The notes beneath the pieces were generated by a model that worked only from the letters and a program-made list of their open reading frames with translations, was not told the origin of the DNA and did no database searches. A stretch of 64,000 nt of DNA from an uncultured Eubacteriales bacterium (GTDB lineage: Bacteria; Acidobacteriota; Aminicenantia; Aminicenantales; Aminicenantaceae), in contig CAZEQD010000002.1 in assembly GCA_964514305.1 (NCBI GenBank), forward strand, positions 21,346-85,345, written 5' to 3'. Position 1 is the first letter of the stretch. The number at the start of each line of letters is the position of its first letter. This document shows, piece after piece, positions 37,834-47,762 of this stretch. Both the position numbers and the translations under genes were made by a program.

Positions 37834-40306
37834 TGTTTATCAGTTTATTTTTAACATAGATAACCCTTCTGACTTTTTTTCCTCTGATAAATTTCTGGAC
37901 GCGTTCCAGGTTCAGGGCTCTTTCTTTAATCTCCTCTTGGTTTAACTCCCTCTCCACCTCTAATTTATCCCTTAATTTGCCATTAATTTGGATGACTATA
38001 GCTAGCCTCTCTTCCTGAGCCAATTGAGGCTCATAGGAAGGCCAAGAAGTTTTTATAAGAAAATCTTCATGTCCCATTTTCTGCCAAAGTTCCTGAGAGA
38101 AATGAGGTGCAAAGGGAGAGAGAAGAATCACCAATTTTTCCATGGCTTCCCTCAATGACTGCCGACCCAGCCTGGTTTTAATCAATTCATCCCTTTCACT
38201 CTTCATTAGATTAAAAAGTTCCATCAATGAGCTTATCGCTGTATTAAAATGGAATCTCTCCTCGATATCTTGGCTGACCTTTTTTATAGTTTGGTGAGTT
38301 TTAATTCTAAGCTGGAGAGAAGGAATATTCCTTCCTCTTTCGACTTCAGTTTGATTCTCCTCTTGTCTAAAGAGGTCTAAATTCTCCCCATAAAAAGCCC
38401 AAACTCGGTTTAAAAATCTAAAACAGCCCTCAATTCCCTTTTCATTCCAGGCAAATTCTTTCTCTGGAGGAGCAGCAAAAAGAATAAAAAGTCTTAAGGT
38501 GTCAGCTCCATATTTGCTGATCATGTCATCAGGGTCAACTACGTTTCCCTTTGACTTCGACATTTTAGCTCCGTCTTTGGTGACCATTCCTTGAGCTAAA
38601 AGTCTTGGAAAAGGCTCATCCAATTTGGTCAGGCCAAAATCTCTTAAAAACTTACAGAAAAAGCGGGCATAAATAAGATGAAGAATGGCATGCTCAACTC
38701 CACCTATATAGAGGTCTACCGGCAGCCAGTAATCGACCTTCTGAGGATTAAAGGGGAGCTTGCTTTCCTGAGGTGAAGTATAACGGAAATGGTACCAGGA
38801 AGAGTCGAAGAAAGTATCCATGGTGTCGGTTTCTCTTTTTGCCTTCCCTCCACATTTGGGACATCTTGTCTCGACAAAGCTTTTTACTTTGGACAAGGGA
38901 GAGCCTTCTTCTCCTTTAAACTCAACTTCATAAGGAAGAACTACTGGCAGTTCATCATAAGGAACAGGGACAATTCCACAATGCTGGCAGTAAACAACAG
39001 GAATCGGTGTTCCCCAATAGCGCTGGCGGGAAATCCCCCAATCGCGAAGCCTATAAAGAACGCTTTTACGGCCGAATTTTTTTTGAGTTGCATAGCGGAC
39101 CATCTCTTCGGCCGCCTGAGAGGAAGATTTGTTGGAAAAAGGTCCAGAATTGACTACAATCCCATAATCCTCAAAGGCCTTATCTGATTCTGAAGGAGGA
39201 GGCTGTCCCTCAGGCACAATGACTACCTTAATAGGTAAAGAATATTTGCGGGCAAAATCAAAATCCCTCTGATCGTGGGCAGGAACAGCCATAATGGCTC
39301 CAGTTCCATATTCCATCAACACATAATTGGCAATCCAGATAGGAATTTCCTGACCGTTGAAGGGATTGATAGCTTTTTTGCCGGTATCAATACCTTCTTT
39401 TTCAGCCTCTCCCAAATCTTTTTTAAGATGGCGCTCAGCTAAACTCTTCTCTATCCATCTTTCTAACTTATCTCTGTGAGCTGAATCAGCTATCAATTGC
39501 CGGCCTAAAGGATGCTCTGGCGAGAGAACCAAAAAAGTAGCCCCATAAATAGTGTCCAGGCGAGTGGTAAAGACTTCGATAGATTGTCTGGATCCTTTAA
39601 GGGGAAAACTAACGTGGGCTCCAACACTTTTGCCTATCCAGTTTTTCTGCATTATGAGGACATGTTCAGGCCATTTTTCTAACTCCTGGTGGCCGGCCAG
39701 GAGTTCTTCAGCATAATCTGAAATCTTAAGAAACCATTGCTCCATCTCTTTCTGCCTAACTTCAGAATCACAGCGCCAACAGCGCTCGCCAATTACTTGC
39801 TCATTAGCCAGAACCGTCTGGCAGCGGGGACACCAATTTACCCAGCTCTTCTTGCGGTAAGCCAAACCTTTCTCTAACATTTTCAAAAAAATCCACTGGT
39901 TCCATTTGTAGTATTCAGGCAAGCAGGTATTGACTTCTCTCGACCAATCATAACTGAAGCCCAATCTTTTTAACTGCTTTTTCATATGAGCAATATTGGC
40001 CAAGGTCCAATCCTGAGGGTGAACTTCCTGAGTTATAGCCGCATTTTCGGCTGGCATTCCCAAAGCGTCCCAGCCGATAGGGTGAAGGACATTATATCCC
40101 TTCATGAACTTGTAACGGGCTATGACATCACCGATTGAGTAATTTCTGACTTGACCCATGTGGATTCTGCCTGAGGGATAAGGATACATTTCCAGACAAT
40201 AATATTTCGTTCTTTGGGGATTTTCGGAAGCTTTATATACCTCTTCTTTTTCCCAAATCTTTTGCCACTTTTCTTCAATTGCTTGGAAATTATAGTCTTC
40301 GCTCAT
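37823..40306 (-). CDS. leuS: Leucyl-tRNA synthetase
   Basis: HMGQVRNY (HIGH-type) and KMSKSKGN (KMSKS) class I motifs, plus CP1 editing domain; 827 aa. Confidence 0.95.
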   Translation of the reverse strand: MSEDYNFQAIEEKWQKIWEKEEVYKASENPQRTKYYCLEMYPYPSGRIHMGQVRNYSIGDVIARYKFMKGYNVLHPIGWDALGMPAENAAITQEVHPQDWTLANIAHMKKQLKRLGFSYDWSREVNTCLPEYYKWNQWIFLKMLEKGLAYRKKSWVNWCPRCQTVLANEQVIGERCWRCDSEVRQKEMEQWFLKISDYAEELLAGHQELEKWPEHVLIMQKNWIGKSVGAHVSFPLKGSRQSIEVFTTRLDTIYGATFLVLSPEHPLGRQLIADSAHRDKLERWIEKSLAERHLKKDLGEAEKEGIDTGKKAINPFNGQEIPIWIANYVLMEYGTGAIMAVPAHDQRDFDFARKYSLPIKVVIVPEGQPPPSESDKAFEDYGIVVNSGPFSNKSSSQAAEEMVRYATQKKFGRKSVLYRLRDWGISRQRYWGTPIPVVYCQHCGIVPVPYDELPVVLPYEVEFKGEEGSPLSKVKSFVETRCPKCGGKAKRETDTMDTFFDSSWYHFRYTSPQESKLPFNPQKVDYWLPVDLYIGGVEHAILHLIYARFFCKFLRDFGLTKLDEPFPRLLAQGMVTKDGAKMSKSKGNVVDPDDMISKYGADTLRLFILFAAPPEKEFAWNEKGIEGCFRFLNRVWAFYGENLDLFRQEENQTEVERGRNIPSLQLRIKTHQTIKKVSQDIEERFHFNTAISSLMELFNLMKSERDELIKTRLGRQSLREAMEKLVILLSPFAPHFSQELWQKMGHEDFLIKTSWPSYEPQLAQEERLAIVIQINGKLRDKLEVERELNQEEIKERALNLERVQKFIRGKKVRRVIYVKNKLINIVI

Positions 40307-40522
40307 TTCTTGGTTCTTTCTTTGTTATCAATAGGGCTAATTACAAAGAAGTAATAAAGCCATTATAAAATCAATCATAAATATTAATTTTAACCTCTTT
40401 AAAAGTCAAGGCAACAGAGAACTTGACAAACAACTGCTTTTCTGCCAAGAATGAGGACTCAAAGGATAAATACTTAAATATAGATTGAGGCTTTTTTAAA
40501 GCTCAACGCTTTTTCCTTAATT

Positions 40523-41317
40523 ATGTCAATTCTTGAAGTTAAACACCTTTCTGCCGGCTATGAAAGAGAACATGTGATTAGAGACATTTCTTTCTCTTTG
40601 GAGCAAGGAGAATTTGTTTCTATCCTGGGACGAAATGGTTCCGGTAAAAGCACTTTAATTAAAGCCCTGCAGCGGATGCTGAAAAATGCCGAGGGCGAGG
40701 TTAAAATCGATGGCCAAAACATCTCTTCTTTGCAACCTCGCCAATTGGCCAAAAAGATTGCCTATGTCCCTCAGATATTTGATTTCTCTTTTGAATTCAG
40801 GGTGGAAGAAATTGTAGTTATGGGCAGATACATCCACCAGTCGCGATTGAGCCGGGCTTCAGCCTCTGATCAGCTGGTTATTGAAGAAGTTATGGATCTA
40901 ACTCAGGTATCTCATCTAAAAAATAAAAAAATCGCCCATTTAAGTGGTGGCGAACGCCAGAGAGTCTTTATTGCCAGGGCTCTTGCCCAAGATACACCTT
41001 TAATTTTTCTGGATGAACCCAGTTCACATCTAGACATCAATTATCAACTAGAAATCTATCAAATACTAAAACAACTTCAGCAAGAAAAAGGGAAAACTAT
41101 TCTGACAACTGAACATAATATCAATCTGGCCATTCCCTATTCCCAGCGATTGCTCTTCCTTAAAAACGGGAAAATTCATGCGGAAGGCAGCCCCCAAAAA
41201 TTAATTACCAAAACCCTTATTAAAGACGTCTTCGGAGCAGAGGTAGAAATTAGAGATAATCCTCATTCTCATTTACCTGAAATCTCTTTAAACCCCAAAT
41301 TTCTGAATAATCAATGA
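40523..41317 (+). CDS. ABC transporter ATP-binding protein (iron-siderophore/cobalamin FecE/BtuD family)
   Basis: Walker A GRNGSGKST, signature LSGGERQRVFIARAL, Walker B IFLDEPSSHLD. Confidence 0.85.
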   Translation: MSILEVKHLSAGYEREHVIRDISFSLEQGEFVSILGRNGSGKSTLIKALQRMLKNAEGEVKIDGQNISSLQPRQLAKKIAYVPQIFDFSFEFRVEEIVVMGRYIHQSRLSRASASDQLVIEEVMDLTQVSHLKNKKIAHLSGGERQRVFIARALAQDTPLIFLDEPSSHLDINYQLEIYQILKQLQQEKGKTILTTEHNINLAIPYSQRLLFLKNGKIHAEGSPQKLITKTLIKDVFGAEVEIRDNPHSHLPEISLNPKFLNNQ

Positions 41318-42234
41318 GTTATCTAAAAACAAAATTAAGTCTTAGCCTCGCTTTCTTTCTCCTCCTAACCTCTAACCTGACTGCCCAGACCAAAACTATT
41401 ATAGATGCTTTAGGCCAACCCTTTTCCTTAAAAGCCTCTCCCCAAAGGATAATATCCTTGGCACCTAACATTACTGAGATTCTATTTGCTCTTGATTTAG
41501 GCCCAAAAATCGTGGCTGTAACTCGTTATTGCGACTATCCTCCTCAGGCTCTTAGAAAAGAGAAAATTGGAGGAATGATAGATCCCAACCTGGAAAAAAT
41601 TAAAGCCCTCAATCCTGATTTAATAATAGGCTTTCGAGGTAATCCTTTAAAAATGCTGGAGCGGATAAAAAGTTTAAATCTGCCTCTTTTTGTTTTAGAA
41701 ATGGGTAATGAGCTGGAATCTGTTTTTCAGATTATCAAAAAAATAGGCATAATTACCTATAAAGAAGAAAAAGCAGCTGCTCTTATCCAGAAAATGAGGA
41801 ACAAATACCAAAAAATCAAACAGAATCTTCAATATATTCAACACTGGCCAAAAGTATTTTTTTCTCTTCACGGTTTTGGTCTCTGGACCTGTGGCCGTCA
41901 TAGCTTCTTAGATACGCTCTTAAGAGAAGCCAAGGGAATAAATATTGCTGGCCGTATAAACAGAAAGTGGCTCGTTTTCAATCGAGAGCAGCTAATTCAT
42001 GAAAATCCAGAAATAATTATCATTGTCTCCAAATCGCCAAAGCAGTTTGCCCAGGCAAAAGAGTGGATAACCAATGAAAAATCTTTTCATAGGGTCAGGG
42101 CAGTCGTTAGCCACCACCTATATTATCTAGATGAAAATATGGCCACTAGGCCAGGTCCCCGCCTTATAGACGCTCTCCAAGAGCTGGCCCGTCTTCTTCA
42201 TCCTCAATTCTTTGAAAACTGCTACTCAAAATGA
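41314..42234 (+). CDS. ABC transporter periplasmic substrate-binding protein (BtuF/FecB-like, class III)
   Basis: Signal peptide, then IISLAPNITEILFALDLGPKIVAVT, typical of vitamin B12 / siderophore binding proteins. Confidence 0.75.
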   Translation: MSYLKTKLSLSLAFFLLLTSNLTAQTKTIIDALGQPFSLKASPQRIISLAPNITEILFALDLGPKIVAVTRYCDYPPQALRKEKIGGMIDPNLEKIKALNPDLIIGFRGNPLKMLERIKSLNLPLFVLEMGNELESVFQIIKKIGIITYKEEKAAALIQKMRNKYQKIKQNLQYIQHWPKVFFSLHGFGLWTCGRHSFLDTLLREAKGINIAGRINRKWLVFNREQLIHENPEIIIIVSKSPKQFAQAKEWITNEKSFHRVRAVVSHHLYYLDENMATRPGPRLIDALQELARLLHPQFFENCYSK

Positions 42235-43217
42235 AGTCAAAAAGATTTGAACTATTCTTCATTCTGATTGTCCTTCTCTTAGCTGGATTGTTATTGTCTC
42301 TGCTGGTCGGCCCAGTTCCCACCAAAATCCACCACCTCTGGAGTTTTATTTTCAACCACGATCAAACTTATGCTCCCATTTTCCTTGACCTCAGGTTATC
42401 ACGGGCCCTGCTGGCTTTCCTAGTTGGAGCCAGCCTTTCTCTATCTGGAGCAATTCTGCAGGGCTATTTTCAAAATCCAATGGCGGGCCCTTTTGTCGTT
42501 GGAGTTTCATCAGGAGCTTCCTTAGGAGCTGTTCTGGCCATTTATATTGGCCTCAATTTTCAGTTGTTTGGATTTTCTCTTCAGAGTATTTTCGCCTTCG
42601 CCTCGGGTTTTGTTCTTGTCTATTTTGTCTATTTGCTGTCCCAGCGGAATGGACTATTTAAACTAGAAACGCTGCTTTTAACTGGAATTGCGGCCGGTGC
42701 TTTAGCTTCCTCTCTAACCTCTTTTTTTATATTCATAAAATCAGATTCTTTCCAACAAGCCGTATTTTGGCTTTTAGGCAGTTTCTCTCTAGCTGACTGG
42801 AGTCAGATTGCAGTTATAGCCCCTTATTTTGTCCTTTGCCTGGTTGGAGCCCAATGGATGGCTAAAGATATGAATCTTTTGGTTCTGGGAGATGAAGTAG
42901 CCCAATCTCTTGGTTGTTCTGTCAAAAGAGTAAGAAAAATTTTTCTGGCTCTTTCCACACTTCTGGCCGCCTCAGCCGTCTCTGTCAGTGGTATCATCGG
43001 TTTTGTCGGTCTGATTATTCCTCATCTTATCCGCCTTCTCATCGGACCAGACCACCGTTATCTTTTTTTCTTTTCCTGTTTAGCCGGAGGGGTATTTCTG
43101 GTTTATTCAGACCTTGTTGCCCGGACTATTCTTTTTCCAACCGAACTGCCCATAGGTATTATAACCTCCGGCATCGGTGCCCCTTTCTTTATCTACCTCC
43201 TCAATCATAAAAGATAA
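42231..43217 (+). CDS. ABC transporter permease, FecCD/BtuC family
   Basis: Polytopic membrane protein with FecCD-type motifs (LVGASLSLSGAILQG, SGIIGFVGLIIPHLIR). Confidence 0.85.
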   Translation: MKSKRFELFFILIVLLLAGLLLSLLVGPVPTKIHHLWSFIFNHDQTYAPIFLDLRLSRALLAFLVGASLSLSGAILQGYFQNPMAGPFVVGVSSGASLGAVLAIYIGLNFQLFGFSLQSIFAFASGFVLVYFVYLLSQRNGLFKLETLLLTGIAAGALASSLTSFFIFIKSDSFQQAVFWLLGSFSLADWSQIAVIAPYFVLCLVGAQWMAKDMNLLVLGDEVAQSLGCSVKRVRKIFLALSTLLAASAVSVSGIIGFVGLIIPHLIRLLIGPDHRYLFFFSCLAGGVFLVYSDLVARTILFPTELPIGIITSGIGAPFFIYLLNHKR

Positions 43218-43276
43218 TAAAGGGAAGTGTCCACCTTCAACCGGCCTCTGTTTTGCTTGCCGCTCCATAAAGCTAA

Positions 43277-43876
43277 ATGTTACAATTAATTACACTCATG
43301 AAATTTCTGTTTGTTCAAGACTATCATCATAAATACCGCTATTTCTGTTTAGAACAGAGTTCACAAATTCAGGTTAAGTTTTCTCGCTGGCAAAAAATTT
43401 GGGATAAAGCCAGAAAAAAATTAATGCTCCTCCCAGCTAAAGAGATCCATCAGGAACAAGCTTTAGCCCGGGCTTTAAAACTTGAGGAAGAAAATGTCCA
43501 AATAATGGTTTCAGGCCTTCTTTCTCCCAAAAAATTAAAAAGTAAGTTTTACTTTTTTCTCCAAAAACAAAGGACAAAGCATATTTTCTTTCTTATAGGC
43601 GAGACTCTTCTCCTTCCTCTTAGCGGTTTGGCCGCTATTCTTCCCGGCCCAAATGTCTTTTTTGGGGTTCTGGCACTGCTAATGATTACCCATTGGCAGG
43701 CCTTAAGAGGAACAAACCGCCTTCTGAAAAAAACACCACAATTCATTCCCACCTCGCTTCTTAAGGAATGGGAAGAGGCTCTAAAATTAGAAAAAGAAGA
43801 GCATTTAATTTCAATATTGGATAAAATATCTTCTGCTTACGGTCTTCCCCATATCCGTAAGCTGCTCTGGAAATAA
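43277..43876 (+). CDS. Hypothetical membrane protein (two predicted TM helices), function unknown
   Basis: ORF of 199 aa with a hydrophobic pair FFLIGETLLLPLSGLAAILPGPNVFFGVLALLMITHW. I recognise no motif. Confidence 0.4.
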   Translation: MLQLITLMKFLFVQDYHHKYRYFCLEQSSQIQVKFSRWQKIWDKARKKLMLLPAKEIHQEQALARALKLEEENVQIMVSGLLSPKKLKSKFYFFLQKQRTKHIFFLIGETLLLPLSGLAAILPGPNVFFGVLALLMITHWQALRGTNRLLKKTPQFIPTSLLKEWEEALKLEKEEHLISILDKISSAYGLPHIRKLLWK

Positions 43877-44016
43877 ATTAAATTGGCCTCAAGCTTTGTT
43901 TAATATCCTTATTCCTCATGGCCTGCAGGGGACAGCAAGCCTTACAGGTATCATTGTTTACGCTCTACATTTATCTATTTGACAAAGGCAAGCTTTTATT
44001 TTATCTAATAAGTGCG

Positions 44017-44394
44017 ATGTCGTTGACCTTAAATCAATTTGTTTTATTAGTGATTACTATCGCTGTAGTTGTAGCTGTCACTTTTCTGGTTATTTTTTTG
44101 TTTCAATTAAGAAAAACAGCCAAAGAAGGCGAGCAAACATTAAAAGATCTTCGGCTCCTTATTCAGAATTTCAATGAAACCAATCAAAGGTTTAGATCTA
44201 AAGTTGAAGATATGGGCGAAATTGTTGAAGTAACCAAAAATGCTGCTTCCAGTTTCTCTGAAATCCTGTGGTTTCTAGCCACTAAAATCATTAAACCCAC
44301 TTCCAGATATTGGCCTTTCCTCTTTCCCTTCATTCGCCTCGGTTGGCGGCAATTAAAAAGAAAAAAAAGAAAGGAGGCAAAAAATGGCAAATAA
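44017..44394 (+). CDS. DUF948-like small membrane protein
   Basis: N-terminal TM (LLVITIAVVVAVTFLVIFLFQL) followed by a coiled-coil segment; this architecture resembles DUF948. ORF track opens at 43918; ATG at 44017 is the likely start. Confidence 0.45.
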   Translation: MSLTLNQFVLLVITIAVVVAVTFLVIFLFQLRKTAKEGEQTLKDLRLLIQNFNETNQRFRSKVEDMGEIVEVTKNAASSFSEILWFLATKIIKPTSRYWPFLFPFIRLGWRQLKRKKRKEAKNGK

Positions 44395-44710
44395 TAAAGG
44401 TTCAAGCGCTTTAGAAATCACTCTATCTTTTCTAGCGGGAGCTACGGCCGGTTTTCTGTTAGGTATCCTCTTTGCTCCTGCTAGCGGAGAAGAAACTCGT
44501 AAAAAAATTCAAGAACAAGCCACTAAAACCGGTGAAAAAGCCAAAGAAACATATGATAAAATTGCTCAGGAAGCCGAAAAAGGAATTAAAATTGTCAAAG
44601 AAAAAACCTCTGAAGGTTTAGAAGCTGTCAAAGAATTCGTCGAGAAAAAAAAGGAAGAACTGACCAAAAAATCTCCCGAAGAAGCCAAACAAGGAGAAGT
44701 CAAAAAGTAA
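44384..44710 (+). CDS. YtxH-domain protein
   Basis: LSFLAGATAGFLLGILFAPASGEETRKKIQEQA is the YtxH signature; Lys/Glu-rich C-terminal tail; 108 aa. Confidence 0.65.
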   Translation: MANNKGSSALEITLSFLAGATAGFLLGILFAPASGEETRKKIQEQATKTGEKAKETYDKIAQEAEKGIKIVKEKTSEGLEAVKEFVEKKKEELTKKSPEEAKQGEVKK

Positions 44711-44778
44711 TTAACTCAGCCAAAAGACAATACCTTTTCTAATTAACTCCTGATAAAAACCAAAAAGGAGAAAGTCTA

Positions 44779-46074
44779 ATGGAAAAGACCATAATAACTA
44801 AAATCGAAGCTCAGGAAATCCTTGATTCCCGAGGCAATCCTACTATCCGCACTTTTGTCACCCTTAATTCAGGCATTGTGGGCAAAGCCTCAGTTCCTTC
44901 TGGAGCCTCCACTGGAAAACATGAAGCTCTCGAGTTGAGGGATGGCGACTCTTCTCGTTTTCTGGGGAAAGGAGTTCTCAAAGCTGTTTCTAACGTTGAG
45001 AATATTATTGCTCCTGAAATTATTGGCCGTAATGCTTTACACCAAGAAGAGATTGATAAACTTTTGATAGAATTAGATGGTACTCCTTCCAAAAAAAATT
45101 TAGGAGCTAACGCCATCCTATCAGTTTCCATGTCCGTAGCCAGCGCTGCCTCTAAATCTGTTGGCCAGCCTCTCTACCTATATCTAAGTGACAGTGAGAA
45201 TTTCCGTTTGCCTGTGCCTCAAATTAATATCCTCAATGGAGGCTCCCATGCTGATAATAATGTTGATATTCAAGAGTTTCTGATCGTCCCCGCCGGCAGG
45301 CCCAGCTTTTCCCAAGCCATCAGAGCTGCGGCTGAGGTTTTTCAAAACCTAAAAATTATTCTTCGTCAAAAAGGTTACAGCACGGCTGTGGGCGATGAAG
45401 GTGGTTTTGCTCCTAATCTCAAATCAAATGAAGAAGCTTTTGATCTAATCATGGCCAGTATTGAGAAGGCCGGTTATAGAGAAGGACAGGATATATTTTT
45501 AGCTATCGATGTGGCTGCTTCAGAATTATATTCTGATAATAAATATATATTCAAAAAATCCACTGGAATGAGCAAAACAGCTGCAGAAATGATAGATTTT
45601 TACCAGAAACTGATTGAGAAATATCCTATTATTTCTATAGAAGACGGTTTGGCCGAGGATGATTGGACCGGCTGGAAAAAATTGACAGAAAGATTGGGTC
45701 AAAAAATACAGATTGTAGGTGATGACATTTTTGTCACCAATCTTCAAAGATTTAAAAAAGGAATATCAGAAGGAATAGCCAATTCCATCCTCATCAAACT
45801 AAACCAGATAGGTACTTTAAGCGAAACTTTAGCCACTATCAAATATGCTCATCAAGCGGGATATACAACTGTCATCTCCCATCGTTCAGGAGAAACAGAA
45901 GATACTTTTATTGCTGATTTAAGTGTGGCTGTTGATTCTGGCCAAATAAAGACCGGTTCTTTGAGTCGAAGTGAAAGAGTGGCTAAATACAATCGTCTTC
46001 TTGAAATTGAAAGAGAATTAAAAGACAGAAGCCGCTATGCAGGCTCTCAAATCTTCGATAAATATTTATCCTAA
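44779..46074 (+). CDS. eno: Enolase
   Basis: [27 protein letters not shown] start; SHRSGETED; [15 protein letters not shown]; 431 aa. Confidence 0.95.
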   Translation: MEKTIITKIEAQEILDSRGNPTIRTFVTLNSGIVGKASVPSGASTGKHEALELRDGDSSRFLGKGVLKAVSNVENIIAPEIIGRNALHQEEIDKLLIELDGTPSKKNLGANAILSVSMSVASAASKSVGQPLYLYLSDSENFRLPVPQINILNGGSHADNNVDIQEFLIVPAGRPSFSQAIRAAAEVFQNLKIILRQKGYSTAVGDEGGFAPNLKSNEEAFDLIMASIEKAGYREGQDIFLAIDVAASELYSDNKYIFKKSTGMSKTAAEMIDFYQKLIEKYPIISIEDGLAEDDWTGWKKLTERLGQKIQIVGDDIFVTNLQRFKKGISEGIANSILIKLNQIGTLSETLATIKYAHQAGYTTVISHRSGETEDTFIADLSVAVDSGQIKTGSLSRSERVAKYNRLLEIERELKDRSRYAGSQIFDKYLS

Positions 46075-46129
46075 TTGAATATTCTGGCCTAATTTGCTTC
46101 TTTAGTAGATAATATGCTCTTCGGTAAAA

Positions 46130-47731
46130 ATGTCTGCTCCTAAAGAAAGAAAAAAAAAGTTTCTGACTTCTTCAGCTATTGAAGTCAAATGTGTTTACGA
46201 TGAAAATGACTTAAAAGGGTTCAAACCTTCCAATTCGTTAGGAAAACCAGGAAAGTATCCTTTTACCAGGGGAATCTATCCAACCATGTACAGAGGTAAA
46301 CTCTGGACTATGCGGCAATATGCTGGATTCGGCACAGCTCAAGAATCCAATAAAAGGTATCGTTTTCTTCTTTCCCAGGGACAGACAGGTCTTAGCGTCG
46401 CTTTTGATTTACCCACCCAGCTGGGCTTAGATTCTGATCACCCCCAAGCTCAAGGAGAAGTGGGCAGGGTTGGCGTAGCTGTAGATAGCCTGGAAGATAT
46501 GGCTATTCTTTTTAAAGGCATTCCCCTGGACAAAGTCAGTGTCTCCATGACCATTAACTCCACAGCCGCTATTATTTTGGCCATGTATCTGACCTTGGCT
46601 GAAAAAAAGAGAATTGCTTGGTCTGAGCTTTCAGGGACTATTCAAAATGATATTCTAAAAGAATATATTAGCCGTGGCACTTACATTTACCCTCCCCAAC
46701 CTTCCTTAAAAATCGCGACCGATATTATAGCTTTTTGCCAAAAAAATGTGCCCCGCTGGAACACAATGAGCATCAGCGGTTACCACATCCGCGAAGCCGG
46801 GGCTACGGCTGTTCAGGAGTTAGCTTTTACTTTAGCCAACGCTCTTACCTATGTCCAATCAGCTCTCGAAAGAGGTTTGAAAATCGATGATTTCGCTCCT
46901 CGTCTTTCTTTCTTTTTAGCTGCCCATAACAATTTCTTTGAAGAAATAGCCAAATTTCGGGCAGCCCGCAGAATATGGGCTAGGATAATGAAAAATAGAT
47001 TCAAGGCGAAAAATCCCCAATCCTGGAAATTCAGATTCCATACTCAAACAAGTGGAGTAACCCTGCTGGCCCAACAGCCCGAAAATAACATCATCAGAGT
47101 GACTATTCAGGCCTTAGCTGCAGTTTTAGGAGGAACCCAGTCACTCCATACCAATTCAAGGGACGAAGCATTGGCTTTACCCAGTCAAGAATCGGCCCGC
47201 ATAGCCCTGCGGACCCAACAAATAATAGCCCATGAAAGTGGAGTAGCTGAGACTGTTGACCCTCTCGGCGGGTCTTATTTTATAGAGTGTTTAACCAATC
47301 AAATTGAAGAAAAAGTATCAGATTATTTAAAGAAAATAGAAGATATGGGAGGAATGCTGGCTGCTATTGAAAATGGTTTCATCCAAAAAGAAATCCAGGA
47401 TAGCGCTTACCAGTTCCAAAAAAAGGTCGAGACTAAACAGCGAATTATTGTCGGTCTTAATCAATATCAACAAGAAAAAGAAAAAGTAAAGTTTGATCTG
47501 TATTATCCACCTTCCCAACAAGAAAGGGACCAGGTAAGAAGGCTGCAGGCTTTCAAAAAGACAAGATCAGAGCAAAAAGTCATTCGAAGCTTAGACGATT
47601 TGCGACGAGCCGTCCGCACCAGAAAAAATCTTATGCCCTTCTTCATCGAAGCTTGTCGAGCAAAAGCCACCCTAGGAGAAATGTTATCTGTCCTTAAAGA
47701 AGAATATGGAGTCTACCAAGAAGTTGTTTGA
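46130..47731 (+). CDS. Methylmalonyl-CoA mutase family large (catalytic TIM-barrel) subunit without a B12-binding domain
   Basis: [32 protein letters not shown] and [12 protein letters not shown] are conserved MCM N-terminal motifs. Ends at 533 aa with no C-terminal cobalamin-binding (DxHxxG) domain. Confidence 0.8.
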   Translation: MSAPKERKKKFLTSSAIEVKCVYDENDLKGFKPSNSLGKPGKYPFTRGIYPTMYRGKLWTMRQYAGFGTAQESNKRYRFLLSQGQTGLSVAFDLPTQLGLDSDHPQAQGEVGRVGVAVDSLEDMAILFKGIPLDKVSVSMTINSTAAIILAMYLTLAEKKRIAWSELSGTIQNDILKEYISRGTYIYPPQPSLKIATDIIAFCQKNVPRWNTMSISGYHIREAGATAVQELAFTLANALTYVQSALERGLKIDDFAPRLSFFLAAHNNFFEEIAKFRAARRIWARIMKNRFKAKNPQSWKFRFHTQTSGVTLLAQQPENNIIRVTIQALAAVLGGTQSLHTNSRDEALALPSQESARIALRTQQIIAHESGVAETVDPLGGSYFIECLTNQIEEKVSDYLKKIEDMGGMLAAIENGFIQKEIQDSAYQFQKKVETKQRIIVGLNQYQQEKEKVKFDLYYPPSQQERDQVRRLQAFKKTRSEQKVIRSLDDLRRAVRTRKNLMPFFIEACRAKATLGEMLSVLKEEYGVYQEVV

Positions 47732-47762
47732 CTTGATCCGCCAGCCATTTTAAGATAAAGCC

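Noticed and set aside
40307-40522. Cobalamin riboswitch upstream of the BtuFCD-like ABC importer
   Set aside because: I found no B12-box (rAGYCMGgAgaCCkGCc-like) and no characteristic conserved helices. There is only a small hairpin (ttgaggcttttttaaagctcaa) near the start.
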